In this document: positions 36,760 through 50,082 of the stretch, piece by piece | Position numbering within the stretch: the first letter of the stretch is position 1 | Layout of the letters: each line of letters starts with the position of its first letter | Source of the DNA: Dimorphilus gyrociliatus | Lineage: Eukaryota > Animalia > Annelida | Length of the DNA stretch: 64,000 nt | Direction of reading: 5' to 3' | NCBI GenBank assembly: GCA_904063045.1 | Contig: CAJFCJ010000031.1 | Location: 248,001 to 312,000 of the forward strand | Made by a program: the position numbers and the translations under genes | Notes under the pieces: model-generated | What the model was told of the DNA's origin: nothing | Seen by the model: only the letters and a program-made list of their open reading frames with translations | Databases searched by the model: none

Positions 36760-39700
36760 ATGGCGGGCTATATGGTCCTTGCTAAGCCACCAAGTTTAGT
36801 ATCAGTGGCCACAACCGGTTTGTATTGAAAACTTGTTAACTTTCATCAAGTGATCAGGGCTTTTCCTCCTGTTAGGGCACTTCACTGCTAAAAATGGTAT
36901 CAACCTTGTTATCGCAAAGAATTCAATTGTAGAGATTTTCGAGCTCACTCCCGAAGGTCTGAAACTTAGAAAGGAGTTTAAAGTTTTTGGATCGGTTGCT
37001 GCAATGAAAATGATGTTACCACCAGTAAGCCCGCTAAAATAAAAAAAACTTTCTCTCCCTTATCACATTGATTTCAGGGCTGTGAAAAAGATGTCCTATT
37101 TATTGTCACCGAGAAAGGTGATATAACAATGTTAGAATGCACAGAAGACGGTGATGAACTTTCTATAAATACTTTGTGCTCGAAAAATGTCTTGGTAAGT
37201 TTCAAAGGCGTTTTAAAAGTCCTTTTATGTACCTTTAATCTCTCTCATTCTTTTTTCCATTGCTACTTCTTCACTTCCGTCAGCGAAAAACTGGAAGACT
37301 CACCGAATGTGGATTCAAGTGTTGCGTTGACCAGTATTGCCGTTATATCGTTGTTCATATCTACTACGGCTTATTAACGATTATACCTGTTTCAAACGTC
37401 GGTGTAAATGGCTTGAACGCAAGCGGTACATGGAATTCCACTAATGTTATAGTTGACGAAATGGAGATTCTTGATCTTTGTTCCTTGTATGTTGAAGATA
37501 CACCAACTATCTCCCTATTATTTAGAGTTCGTTTAAAAGCCGTTTCCATAATTATACTAATTCTCCTCTTCAACAACAGGAAGATGGTTCGTATTACGTA
37601 GGGACCTACGAAATTGAAGAAATGACCGAAGACGAATATATTATAACTGAAGGACCAGGAAAGCGTCATAAAGTAGACGATGGTGCACAATTTATTGTAC
37701 CTGTACCTTGTCCAATTGGCGGTATGCTTGTCTTGGGGGACGATGTAATATACCACATTAGTGACAATGGCATGAATATATCAATAAATTGGAAACCGCA
37801 TGCTATAAGAGTAGGATTTGTTGCGCTTTTTGACTTTTGACAACAAATATTATCTAAACTAATATATACTTTTTTTTCAATGTAGAATCAAACTATAAGA
37901 GCTGTGGAGATGGTCGATGCGGACGGGAAAAGGTTTCTCGTTGGTGATTCATTTGGTCATTTATACATTCTTATTCTTGTTGCGGATCCAACATCCGCAA
38001 CTGGTATTAGGGAAATACAAGTTGAACTACTTGGAGAGGTATTTTAGACTTATCCTATCTTTTAAATTGCTCATAGATCATTTTTCCATATCAACTTTTA
38101 GACAAATATACCAAGTTTAATAACGTATTTGGACAATGGATTTATATTTATTGGTTCGTGTAGCGGTGACGCCCAACTTATTCGTGTAAGTAGAAAAAAA
38201 GTATTTTGTCTTTTTTTGAGTTGCCAACATCCAAAAAAACGAAAAGCAGGCACGAACATATGCTAATATTCTTTTTTTGTGTTGAGCTCCATCAAATGTA
38301 TGTCCAGTTTGAATTTTTGGACAAAAACACTTAAAAAATTCAACGCTCCAGCTTTTAACCTTTGTCCAAATCCTAGACAAACCCTAGATGATTTTTTTAA
38401 CATGTTTATTCCATATCTATTGAGTAGAAGTTTGGGTAAAAAAAGGTCTTGAGCGAGATGCTCAAAAACAACTAGATAAAAAAGCAATCTTTACAAAAAA
38501 ATATCATCTTTACCAAAAAATAATCCTCATTAATGTCAAACTGTGAACTTTTTTGCTTTTTTTGGTTTTTTTTTTGACTTTCAAACGAAAATTGTTACAG
38601 TTGTTGTTACATTTGAAAAAAGTGAAAGTGATTATGAAAGACGTTTATAAATGCTTTTTTTTCTTTTTTTTTTAAAAACAACAACAAACAATATAGAATT
38701 ATTGTAAACATTAATTATCACTTTTTTCTAATTTCATTAACTTTTTGTTTACAGTTAAACAGAAAGAAAAATGCGGTAACCAATAGTTATGTGGAAGTTA
38801 TGGAAAATTTTGATAATTTAGGTCCAATTGTTGATTTTGTCGCTGTAGACGTAGACGATATGGGTCAAGAACAAGTTAATTTTTTTAATATCATACTTTA
38901 TAGGGTTATTTATCATTCTTTTTTTTTGTAACGTTTTCGAGTAGTTGATATGCTGTTCGGGTAGAGATAAGAATGGATCTTTAAGAATTGTTCGTAATGA
39001 TATGGAGATAAAAGATATTGGAACGGTTGAACTACCAGGTATACTTGGTGTATGGGCTGTCTCTTTATTCTCTTCGGGATCTTTTGACGACTCACTTTTC
39101 GTTACGTTTCCCGATGAAACAAAGTAATTTGCTGATAAAAATATTATCTTTATTTTTTCTTTATTGAATGAATATTTTTGTAGAATAATATTGATAACGG
39201 AAGAAATGGAAGAGATTACCGTTCCTGGATTCGATCATAAAGTAAGAACATTGCACGTTCACGAAGTTATCGAGGACCAAATTATTCAAATTACGAGGAA
39301 AAATTTAATATTATGGAGTTCAACTATGAGAAAGCAGGTCTTCCAATGGAAATTCGAACAAGATAAAAATATTTCAGTTGGTACTAGTAACCGAGAGCAA
39401 ATAGTCATTGCGTCCGCAGCTCAATTTGTGTACTTTGAAATAATTGACGGCTCAGCTCAAAAGGTTAATTTAACATTATAGATAATTGATAATCATTAAC
39501 GCATTTATATTTTTTGATAGATAAATAGCCTGGAAATTGAATATGAGATTGCGTGCATGGACGTAACGCCAAGAGGAACTTCGAATCGTACAAATATTCT
39601 TTGTCTAGGCGTTTGGACTGATATGTCTATATTTATATTTGAATTACCAACTCTGGAGAAGCTTTTTTATTATAAACTTCCCGGTAATATTATCCCAAGA

Positions 39701-41678
39701 TCGATTCTGACGGGAGTTTTTGGAGATGTTCATTATTTATTTATCGCTATGGGCGATGGAAAATTATATCATTTCTTATTGAATAAGGATAAAGGTAATA
39801 TCTGATGGTATTTATAGTAGATGTTATATTATTAATTCTTTATTATTTAAGCTTCTTTACATAACCGAGTGATGTTAACACTTGGATCTTTGCCACTTCA
39901 AATGTCGAAATTCTCATGGAAGGGTACCGATTGCGTATTCGTTTGTTCTGATAGACCAGCTGTTGCATTTCCTGTAAATCATCAGCTGATCTTCTCCTTT
40001 GTCAATATCTCGACAGTTCGTCATATGACCTCGGCCATTTTACGCAACAATCGAGAAAAGTTTGTTATTAATTTTCTTTATTAAAAAGAAGTGAACTATT
40101 TACAATTAATTTCTGTTATATTTTCAAAAAGAATTTATCTAGTCAACGAAACTGAACTTCTTATTGGTGAGATGAATGAAATGCAAAGGTTACAAAGTCG
40201 AGTTATTCCTTTAAGAGAAAGTCCTAGAAAGATAGCCTATCAACCTGAAACTAACACTCTTGCCGTGCTAACTAGTCGTTACGATAAACAGAAGAAGGGG
40301 ACTGAGGAAACAATCCTTCTTGATCAGTCTGCCAGTACGTCTGATGTGAAATCTCGTTCGTCGTTTGTCGAAGTTGGACCTTTTCCCTTGCCTCTTTTTG
40401 AGGATGATAGTCTTATTGAAATTTATAATTTATTGATTATGCATCAAGATTCCTTTGAAATATTTCATATACACCAATTTCAACCTCACGAATACGCTCT
40501 ATCTCTTTGCAATGCTAATCTTGGCGATCACCCCGAACAATACTTTGTTGTTAGTACAGGCATCATTAGACCTGGTGACGATGAGCCAAGATATGGGAGG
40601 ATTATGGTTTTTAAAATATCCTTGGGCAGAGCAGTTATCAGATCATGTTTAGATATTACGGGTGCGGTTTATGCTATTCAACCACTGTTGAATAATAAGC
40701 TAGTGTGTTGTTTTGACGATGCTACAAGAATTTACGAACTTGATGATAGGATGAACATGAACCTTATCAATACATTCTCTGATAATATTGCAGCTTACAA
40801 CATTGCCGTTACCGAGAGAAATCGTATCTACGTTGGTGACTTATTTCGAACCATAACAATTCTTGATTATATTCCAGAAAAGAAACGACTACGATTGGTT
40901 GGTCGCGATGATAATCATCGTTGGTTGTGCACTTTAACTTTGATTAATGAAAATACTATCATATGCGCTGATCAAGCCCAAAATTTATTTATATGCACAA
41001 GAGATGATAAGGAACCCGATGAGAGCTCATTAAAGAATGATGCGTTCTGTCATATAGGCGATACAATTAATGCAATTAAACCCGGATGTTTAGTTAAAAA
41101 GGAACTACTTAACAGAACAATATGTTTCTCTGACATGAGAATATTTGTTACAACTTCCGGAGCAATAGGTTAAAGTTTATAAATAATAGTTTAGCACAAT
41201 AAGAAAAACTAACAATACAATTTTTGATAAACAGGAGTGATTGTACAATTAAAAGACGAATATCAAACTCTCTTTTATCAACTTCAACAACAACTTCTTC
41301 AGAGATTAAATTGGCCTGGAAAGATTGATTATAAATGGTCCCTATCTATTATTCTTATTTTTCCTATTCTTATCAAAGTAATTGTTTTTTTTTTTATAAA
41401 CAGGTTTAGGTCGAATTCTAAACCGAATCTACGTTATCATGGTTTAGTTGATGGCACTATTGTTGAAAAATATTTAACTATTCCATCAAGTTTACAGAAA
41501 GAGATCTTTCACGCCATTGCGGTATTATAATTCCTTTAATTTTTTAATGCTATATAAAAAATTGAACTTGATATCATATGTATTAATTTTTTTACAGGCG
41601 GAGAAAGAGGTTACAGTCCCTGTGGTTGATCATAATCATCTTATACGTCTTGTGGAAGAGATAAGCTCTATTTATTGA
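36760..41678 (+). CDS. DDB1: DNA damage-binding protein 1-like (CRL4 adaptor, three beta-propellers), strongly divergent, many exons
   Basis: MAGYMVLAKPP...GHFT...NLVIAKN...TPEGL; TYLDNGFIFIGS..GDAQL; NLGPIVD; GSLRIVRN; CSDRP; ESPRKIAYQ; HQFQPHEYALSL; C-terminal HLIRLVEEISSIY*. Exon junctions are in frame. Confidence 0.85.
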
Positions 41679-42103
41679 AAAGTAGAGAATGAATGTCTTT
41701 TGTTTATGCCATCTCTCTTTCTCCCTCTTTGTTCAGCTATGTGCTCCTAATGAAAAAAAGTGTCGTTGGAAATCAGCTTTTAATCTTGATTAGTGTGTTA
41801 GAATGAATGTCCTGGCTGTTGTTTTGAAAGTTTTGTATTTGTCCGCCAAAATATTGGAGTGATCTGATTGGCTGCCAAGTAGTCAAGGTTACAAACGCTT
41901 GGGCTAGGAAGACTAAATTGCTCAACTTATTTGGTAGATATATATTGTGAGAGTGATTGAAATCGTTAAAGGTAATTCTTGTTGTACGAAAATGTCTCTT
42001 AATCTAAATAAACACGTATTTATCAGTGACAACTAATATTATATTCATAGATATCTGACTTTTCTACCGCAGTAGTGCATTATCGCTCAACAATTAAAAA
42101 GTT

Positions 42104-43387
42104 ATGGGAACTGCTAAAGATCAAACTGCAATATCTAGAGTATTGAATCTTTTAGCCGAATGGGATAAAGGATCAAAGGCGATAAGAAAGGCCCTTTTAA
42201 AAGATTTCATAAAACAGAATAAAAATAAAACAGGCCCCGAGTTAGAGGCTGAATTTGCTCAGGCAGCAAGTTTGTTTCTCACTAGAATTACTGCCTCTTT
42301 ACGGTTAACTTACATGACAGGAATAGCGTTAACTGAACATTTGCAAGCTGTCAATATTTTCATATCGGCGTCTAGTGGTCATAAATTTCTGGGAGAGTTT
42401 CTAGAAGTTGGCGGTATATTAACAGTTCTTGAGATTATAGGCCTGAAGCAAGCAAGAGAGATAGACAAACTAGAAGCATTAACGAATTTATCGAATATTG
42501 CGGAAGCCGGTAGGAAGTTTAAAGAACTTATTTGCGAAAGCTATGGAATTAGAGCAATTGCCGAATGCTTAGCCAAATCGAAGAGTGAACAAACGCAGGA
42601 TGCGGCTAGAAATCTTTTAGAGAAATTAGCTAGAGGAAATCCAAAATTCGAAAATCAAGTTTATAAAGGTCTTATCGCCTTATTGCCATGTTCATCTCCA
42701 AAAGCTCAACAAATGGCTGCTCATACGCTGAGGATTGTGCAGCCTATAGTTGAAAAAGCTAATCCGAATATCGTTGATCCATTATTGAATCTATTACGAA
42801 CATTGCATTTAGAAGTTCAGTACGAAGGTAATTTTCTTTTATTGTTTGAAATGTGCGCATAAATTAAGAATTCTCTTTGTACAATTTTAGCCTTGGAATT
42901 AATCAAAGAGCTAATGGAATACGAAGAGGTCAAAGAACTTATACCCGTCAGTCTTGTTAAATTATTGAGACCTTCAAAAGAAGATCGACTTAGAAGACCT
43001 CAAGAAATTCTCGAAGATCCCGAAGTTGGAAAATTAGCAGAACCTCTACCAGTTTTCGTACAACAGGCAGCATCAGCCAAATGCATAGGAATACTATGTC
43101 ACGATGACCTTATTATATGCGAAAAATTCCTCCAATTGCAAGTTGTACATCATCTCATGTTTGCAATGGGCAATACGGAATATGCTGACAGTCAAAGACA
43201 AGCTAGCTTAACATTAGAGCGTCTATGTAGGAATTTCCCCCTAGTAGACGAATCCGTAAAAGAAGCAATGGGAGACATTCTTTATACATCATTTATGAAA
43301 GATCCCGAAGCACTATACGCATCGCTAACGCCAGTACAAGCGGATGTTCTAGTTTCCAATAAATTAGACGCCGCAACAAAATCTTAA
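42104..43387 (+). CDS. ARMH1: Armadillo-like helical domain-containing protein 1, 2 exons (intron 42829-42890)
   Basis: AISRVLNLLAEWD...KTGPELEAEFAQAASLFLTRITASLRLTYM; EFLEVGGILT; KELICESYGIRAIAE; NQVYKGLIALLPC; AMGNTEYADSQRQASLTLE. Confidence 0.9.
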
Positions 43388-44034
43388 ACAAACATATTTC
43401 CTTACAAAATATTTTCAAAAGGAAAGAAGAAAGAGTATTGTATTCCTGAGCAAGGAAGATAACAACGCATAAAACAATTGTAAAAATTATACATAAACAT
43501 ATATATATATATATATATAGAAGTTTCTATTATTAAATATACGAAATTATTTAATTTAATCAATAGATAGCATATCACAGATGAGATGAACGTTTCTTAT
43601 TATCAATCCTATTGAGTAAGTTCCTCGTTAAGATTAAATTTCATTCATAATATTTATATTTAGCTCTTATGTACACTTTCATCCTTAGTTATTTATATAC
43701 AATTTTCTTGTTTTCGCCTGGCAAACAAATATAATTCCTTAGAGACCTATTTATAGAAATAAGAGAAGAAATAATATCCATCTACAAAGGTATATATATA
43801 CTGTATATACTGTATACTGTATATACATTTATATATATTTATCGAATATTGGTTTAATTAATTATTTCATCTTTTCCAATGAAATATTGTATTTTTTCTT
43901 CATCCTTTTCTGCTCTTTTGGTATTCTAATTAGAAAATATATACGTAGAAAGGCCTAATTAAGATACTTCATAGTTCAAATAGTAAGTTCTTTTTTTTAA
44001 TATACTTTTTTTAGAGAGGGCGCCACCAATTTCC

Positions 44035-44049
44035 GTTACTGTTAGAAAC
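44035..44049 (+). promoter_or_regulatory. Possible RFX X-box-like site upstream of PIFO
   Basis: GTTACT-GTT-AGAAAC loosely fits the GTNRCN-N0-3-RGYAAC consensus, 33 bp before the ATG of a ciliary gene. Confidence 0.25.
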
Positions 44050-44081
44050 CAAGTAAACGATCACATCAAATAGGAAAAATA

Positions 44082-44934
44082 ATGTTGGGAGAAGGTAATT
44101 AGAGAAAAGATTACATAGACATTGTCAAATAGTTTGTTTTTATTCTATTTTAGAAAATCCAGCAAAAGCCAGAGTTGCATTTGGAGCTACAGGAGATAGA
44201 GAAGTATTTCCTACTCACGTACCTCATAACAAAATAGGAGCGGAATTAAATCCAATAAGAGGATGTCCAGAGATCGGTCCGGGAACATACGAAAATGAAA
44301 AGCAAACAAATTTTCAATACGAAATAGATAACTTTATAACAAGTAAAGAAGGTTATTCATTAGGAGCTAGAACCGCAAACCGATTTCCCAAGACTCATAA
44401 GGTTAGTTAATTATATTGAGTTTTCAAAAAGGCTAATTAAATATTAAGCTGCTTTATGATTATAGTCAGATGCTCCGGCACCTACAGCATATCAGAGTGA
44501 TAATACATCATTAAGAACATTTGAAACCGCCTACAAACCATTCTGCGCTGCTTCGAAACGTTTCAAAGACGATAGTTCGGATGAAAAGCCCTCGTGAGTT
44601 AATAACTTAATGATCAAAGAGATAATAATTCTATTTATTATCGTTTTCTTTTCTATTAACTACTTTCCCCAGACCTGGAGCTTACGAACACGAATTAAAA
44701 TTGAATCGTAAAGTTGAATGGCATCAATCTTTCGGATCTGCACCAATCAACCTCCCCTCTGCCAGTAAACACAGTACAATTGGAAAAAACACTGATAAAG
44801 TATATATTAAACAATATGATTTGTTTGATTTTTTTAGTCATTTTATCAATTTTTTTTCTCCATTAAAGCTTAAAAGTACAAAAGAAGAGAAGAAATTTCA
44901 AAGGAATTTGGCATATCTTAAATTGTATTATTAA
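44082..44934 (+). CDS. PIFO: Pitchfork / ciliary microtubule-associated protein 3, 5 exons
   Basis: Spliced: MLGEENPAKARVAFGATGDREVFP...IRGCPEIGPGTY...TSKEGYSLGARTANRF...PAPTAYQ...KPF...RF...PGAYE...KFQRNLAYLKLYY*, matching pitchfork (CIMAP3) motifs GY.LGARTA.RF and AYL.LYY. Confidence 0.85.
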
Positions 44935-45326
44935 AACAATTAAAAACATTGAAAATATGACCAAAACATTTTATTATATATCATTCTTGATACGTTTTAC
45001 TTTATCATTAAAATAGAAATGTTTTTTAAAAAGACAAACAAAAAAAAATAGATAACTTTAAATAAAATACTGACCTCATTGTTTGTTTACCTTGACTATA
45101 GTTTATAAAGGTGAAAAAAGTAGATGATAAGGAACAATAAAAGAATTTGTATAAGGAAGATCTTATTCTTATAACAAAACAAACAAAAACGTAATACAAA
45201 TAAATTAACGACATCGATTCGTCATTTTGAGAAATATGGAGAGAAAGAATGAAGTGAATAGATAGATTGTGTATAATTTTGCCAAGTTATTATTGATCCC
45301 ATAATTTGAAAGCGAGAAGAAGTTGT

Positions 45327-46333
45327 TCAACCTTGATAAGAGTAGTCTGCTTTGTTATGCATTACAAGACGATCTCCAACAAAGTAAAAACTATCCGACC
45401 GAGTTTGGAAAGGATTAGCAATCATTTCTTCCACTATAGATAATAAAGAAAAAGTTGAGATATTAGATATTTGAATATATTTTATAAACAATTTAAAAAT
45501 ATACTACCGTATTATAACGTTATACATATAAATCAATTTGTTTTAAGAAGTTAGGATTTCTATTATATACGAATACTTACTTAGTTGCTTTTCTAGCTTC
45601 GGGAACTCGTAAATATGTTCGACTGTATTATTACTGTTTGGAATGCAGAATCCAAATTCAAAGTCAAAGCTTTTAAGCAATTGGTCACGGAAAAAGTGTC
45701 GTTCTATCATGCGAAAATTCTCAACTGGCTTGTCGCCAATGCTAAATCGTACAGTTGCTCCAACATGCCGTAATTCCAAAAATTTAGCAGGAAATTCGTA
45801 CCGAATGTATCGGCCTATATTAGGATCCGCAGACTCATCTTCTTCGTTGTCGTCTATGAAAAGCAAAAAGAGCATATATATATATATATATATAGACTAT
45901 ATATAGACTGTATATACAACATAAATATGTATAAACTACGCCTTAACATAGAAACAAAAAACAATAAAAAATTATTAAAACTTTGAAATTCTATACAACC
46001 ATTGTCATCTCTATTAACATCGAGCAAAATCATTCCAGAATCTACATCTCTCAACTTGAAACCAGTAAATTCGATATTGTAAACGTTAGCATCATTCGGG
46101 CATAAATAACCTTTAATGAAACAATGTCATTCGCTTAATGTCATTGATTTCTACTAAAAATAAAACTTACTTTCAGTTATTTTATCTAAATTTAGAACGT
46201 CGTCTGGCGTTATACATTCCTTTCCTTTTAATTCTTCCTCACTTACTATTTTGTCCTTTGCTCTTCTCGCAAGAAAATCGTTTGATTTCTTCTTTCCTCC
46301 AGAATTTCCAGTTCTGGTCCCTCGGCTACTCAT
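45327..46333 (-). CDS. UNC119: UNC119 myristoyl-binding trafficking chaperone, 4 exons
   Basis: [31 protein letters not shown]; GRYIRYEF...[28 protein letters not shown]; [22 protein letters not shown]. Confidence 0.95.
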
Positions 46334-46880
46334 CTTTTAAATTCAGTACTAAATCGTTGACGTTGAATGAAAAAATTTCTTATTGTATAAATCGATTGAA
46401 ATTTTTTCAAAAAGCACTGACAATTTCAATCAGTGCAATAACAAACAAAATGAAGGAATAATAATTTTCGTATTTTTTATTTTTAATATTAAAAAAAAAT
46501 TCGAAATTTTCCGTAGACAAGGAAAATTCTGACTGAAATATTCCAAATAAATATTCAAAATAGACAGAGGCGACATCTATCCGCAAAAAACGGACTCCAT
46601 TATTCGATGCTTTTCCCTTTCTTCTCATCTTAGGCTACTTAATTATAATTCATAACGTAAATTGTAGATATTTTTGATTTTAACTTAAAATTTTTTTTAT
46701 GTTTTTTTTTCTCCTTCGGACATTTGACTTAAGAGACTTTAAAAAAATTTACCTAGTTAATTAAGAGAGCTTTGCAGAGAAAAAAATGTTTAACAATCGA
46801 AGGTCTCAACAAGACGAAACACTGCAGGATAAAATACGAAAAAAAAGCAAAAACAATAAAACTTTCCTCCAATAAATTCT

Positions 46881-48375
46881 TCAGTGATCTGTTTGAATGT
46901 CACACTTAACATTACTTTGGAACAATGCAGCTCTATTTTGCTTTTCGCCTTTTTTAACCCAATGACTATAAATTTTAAAAGCGGCAGCATCAATTAGTTT
47001 TCTTATACCCTTCACGCAATAGGGCTCTTCTTTCAAACATTTCATTGATATAGGAGGCGGATTTTTATGTAAATTACGCAGTCGCCATATAGCAGTAGCA
47101 ACGAAAACTAATGCTCTAAATTTTCTTTTTGGAAAAAACTCTTTCATTTCGCGTTCAATTCCTTCCTTATAGAAAAATGGATGACACAATGCTTCCTTAG
47201 CTGTTATTCGCTTTTCCGGTTCAACTTGCAGTAGCTTTTCAATTAAATCTTTGGAAGTGTCAGAAAGATCTAACCATTCTGCTGTTGACGTATTATATTT
47301 GCCTTCCATAATAGCTCGCAGCATTAGCATTTGCTTTCGATGCCAAAACGGTGGGCAACCAACTAGGAGAGTATACATAATCACACCGCAGGCCCAAAGA
47401 TCAACTGCAGTTCCATAGCCAGGTTCATCCTCATACATAGAGACCTTAAGGACTTCAGGAGCTAAATAACCAGGAGTACCGCAAAGCTCAGTAAGTTCGT
47501 GCTGAGAATTAATAACTGTGGCAAAACCAAAATCTGAGAGTTTTACATTCATTTTATCATCTAATAGAATATTTTCGGGCTGCAAATGAAAAAAGCATTG
47601 TAATTTCATTAGCGGGGAATAATTGACAAACCAACTTTGACATCCCTATGAACTATATTTCTAGAATGTATATAGGCTATGGCGTCAAGTAATTGCTTCA
47701 TAATGATTCTAGACAGAAAGAAAACAAAAATTGAAAAAACATTAAAGGCCTATTCTTTTGTTTCTTTGTTCAAATGTTTTTATTATATTTTTTTTTCAAC
47801 TCTTTCACCTTTTACCTTGTTCGCTTTTCTGATAATGTTACGACCTGAGTGAGAAAATCAAATAGCTCGCCCTTTTGACAACTGTAGCAAAGTCGAATAA
47901 AAATCATGAATTAGAAAGATTATATTTAATAATGGGTAAAACTTACAGCTCGAAAACTAAAAATATAAACGTTGGAGATTCAAACGTATTATGGAGTTCA
48001 ATGATATTTTGATGTTGTGCACACATGCGAAGGACATTTATCTCTTTTTTCGTAGCTATTCTCAATTCTTCACGATGATCGTTCTCTGAGTCTTTATCTC
48101 CTGTTAAGTCAATAATTTTTACTGCATAATGATGACCTGTCTCCTTTTCTGCGCATCTCCTGACTGTACTTGATATACCTCTGTATTGCGAAATTGCGTA
48201 AGTTTATTTATTTAAAAAAAAACAAACAATTTAAACAAAGTCATTTATTAAGGAAATCCACTTTATTCTTAGCTTACCGTCCCAGTACTTCTTTGGGCTC
48301 GTATTTGGCATAAAATTCTTTAGCTATGTCCTGAGCGGGCAAATCTTCGTCTAAATTTAATGATTGTTCTGGCAT
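46881..48375 (-). CDS. PHKG: Phosphorylase b kinase gamma catalytic subunit, about 5 exons
   Basis: FYAKYEPKEVLGR|GISSTVRRC; GELFDF; PENILLDD; ELCGTPGYLAPEVLK.SMY; CPPFWHRKQMLMLRAIMEGKY; C-terminal calmodulin-binding region ending QNRAALF. Confidence 0.93.
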
Positions 48376-48717
48376 ATCAAATATTTCTTCATTCTCAATT
48401 AGACAAAAAAAATAAAATTTCTATATCAGCCGAAATGCCGATAAAATCTTCCAAAAAAAATCAACTTAAAGAAAGTTGGTATGGCACGAATTAAGTCAAA
48501 AAAGGACCAAAAGAGGATCAACTCCGTAATGACATTGTGGCCGAGTGTAAGATCGCATCGTAAAATGTTTCACGACGAAATATATAAACCAATACCAGTT
48601 TTTCTAACTAATGGCAGCCAAGGTCGATGTCACCTTTAACAAAGCCTGAAAATCATCAACTTTTGAGAAGATCGGAGAAATCTACAGACCCATAACTGTA
48701 TATTATCAACTTTAAAT

Positions 48718-49798
48718 ATGCAATCTGTGTTCGGATATGGCCGTGTGTTGGCTAGAGTCTTAACGACAGGTGTACATAATGAGATCCAACACATAGCTAA
48801 TGCTCCTTCGCCGTTTTCGAAAAAGAGCAGAGATCTGCATTTAATAACAGCCGCGTCTGGCATATCGAAATGTAACAGTGCTCTATCCTTTAATACAAAG
48901 AGGTCCTGTGGGGACGATGCTTGTTTTTTAGCTAGTCATCAACTGGGAGACGTCATAGGTTAAATTTCATTTTATCGCTCATTCAAAATAATTACGCAGT
49001 TGAAATTTTCAGGAATAGCTGATGGTGTTGGTGGTTGGCGTTCATACGGTGTGGATCCATCACTCTTTGCTGTCTCTCTAATGGAAGCCTGTGAGCGATT
49101 AGTGACGGAAGGCTCCTTTCAACCCACCCTTCCAATCCGTCTCCTTGAAGCTGCCTACGAAGAAGTGATAGAAAATAAAACACCGCTAATCGGCAGTTGT
49201 ACAGCGTGTGTGGTCTGTTTAGAACGAAATAAGAACCGTGTCCATACGGCAAACTTAGGGGATTCTGGTTACGTTGTTGTGCGACACGGGGAAGTTGTCG
49301 AAAGATCTGAAGATCAGCAACATTATTTTAATACACCTTTCCAACTATCAGTAGCCCCTCCTAATCTACGTCACTTGACACTTTCGGATTCTCCCGCTTC
49401 CGCTCGAACCTCAGTATTCGATGTACACGATGGCGACGTTATACTCGTTGCTTCAGATGGTCTTTTCGATAATCTTACAGACGAAATGATACTGCATCAC
49501 GTTAGACGGATGACAACAAAAACTTATGAAAATGACTTGAGAAATACGGCCGTATCCCTCGTAGAACATGCCCATACTTTGGCCTCCGATCCCGATTACT
49601 TATCTCCCTTTTGTCAAAGTGCCGCTAAAAGCGGATTAAATCTAAAAGGTATTTAAATATATTACGTTAATATTATTATACCTATACTAATGGTATCTAT
49701 ATATCCGATTGATTACTCTCTATTTAGGTGGAAAACCAGACGATATAACCGTTCTCTTATCAAGAGTTTCCGCAAGGTTACCAGAAACCGCTTTATAG
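48718..49798 (+). CDS. PPTC7: Protein phosphatase PTC7 homolog (PP2C family, mitochondrial), 3 exons
   Basis: MQSVFGYGRVLAR presequence; GDDACF; IADGVGGWR.YGVDPS; TANLGDSG; QQHYFNTPFQL; SDGLFDN; GGKPDDITVLLS. Confidence 0.95.
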
Positions 49799-50082
49799 TG
49801 ATGCAATTTTTGAGACTGAGAATAGGAAATTATTTTTTCGTGCGTAGAAACTGTTGCATAATGAACAAATTTAATGTCTTATATCAATCTATGTTATATA
49901 GTCTGTACATTGTTTGAATTTTTTTTTAAGCAAATGGTTTATGAACATTTATTATTAATGGAAGTGCTAACTTCTTATTATTTCTATATAAAATTGAGCA
50001 TTTTCTTGAGTTCAATAAAACACTCAATAAGATGTATTAAAGTATTGAGAGTATATTTTTACCACTTGTCGGACTTTCCAAC

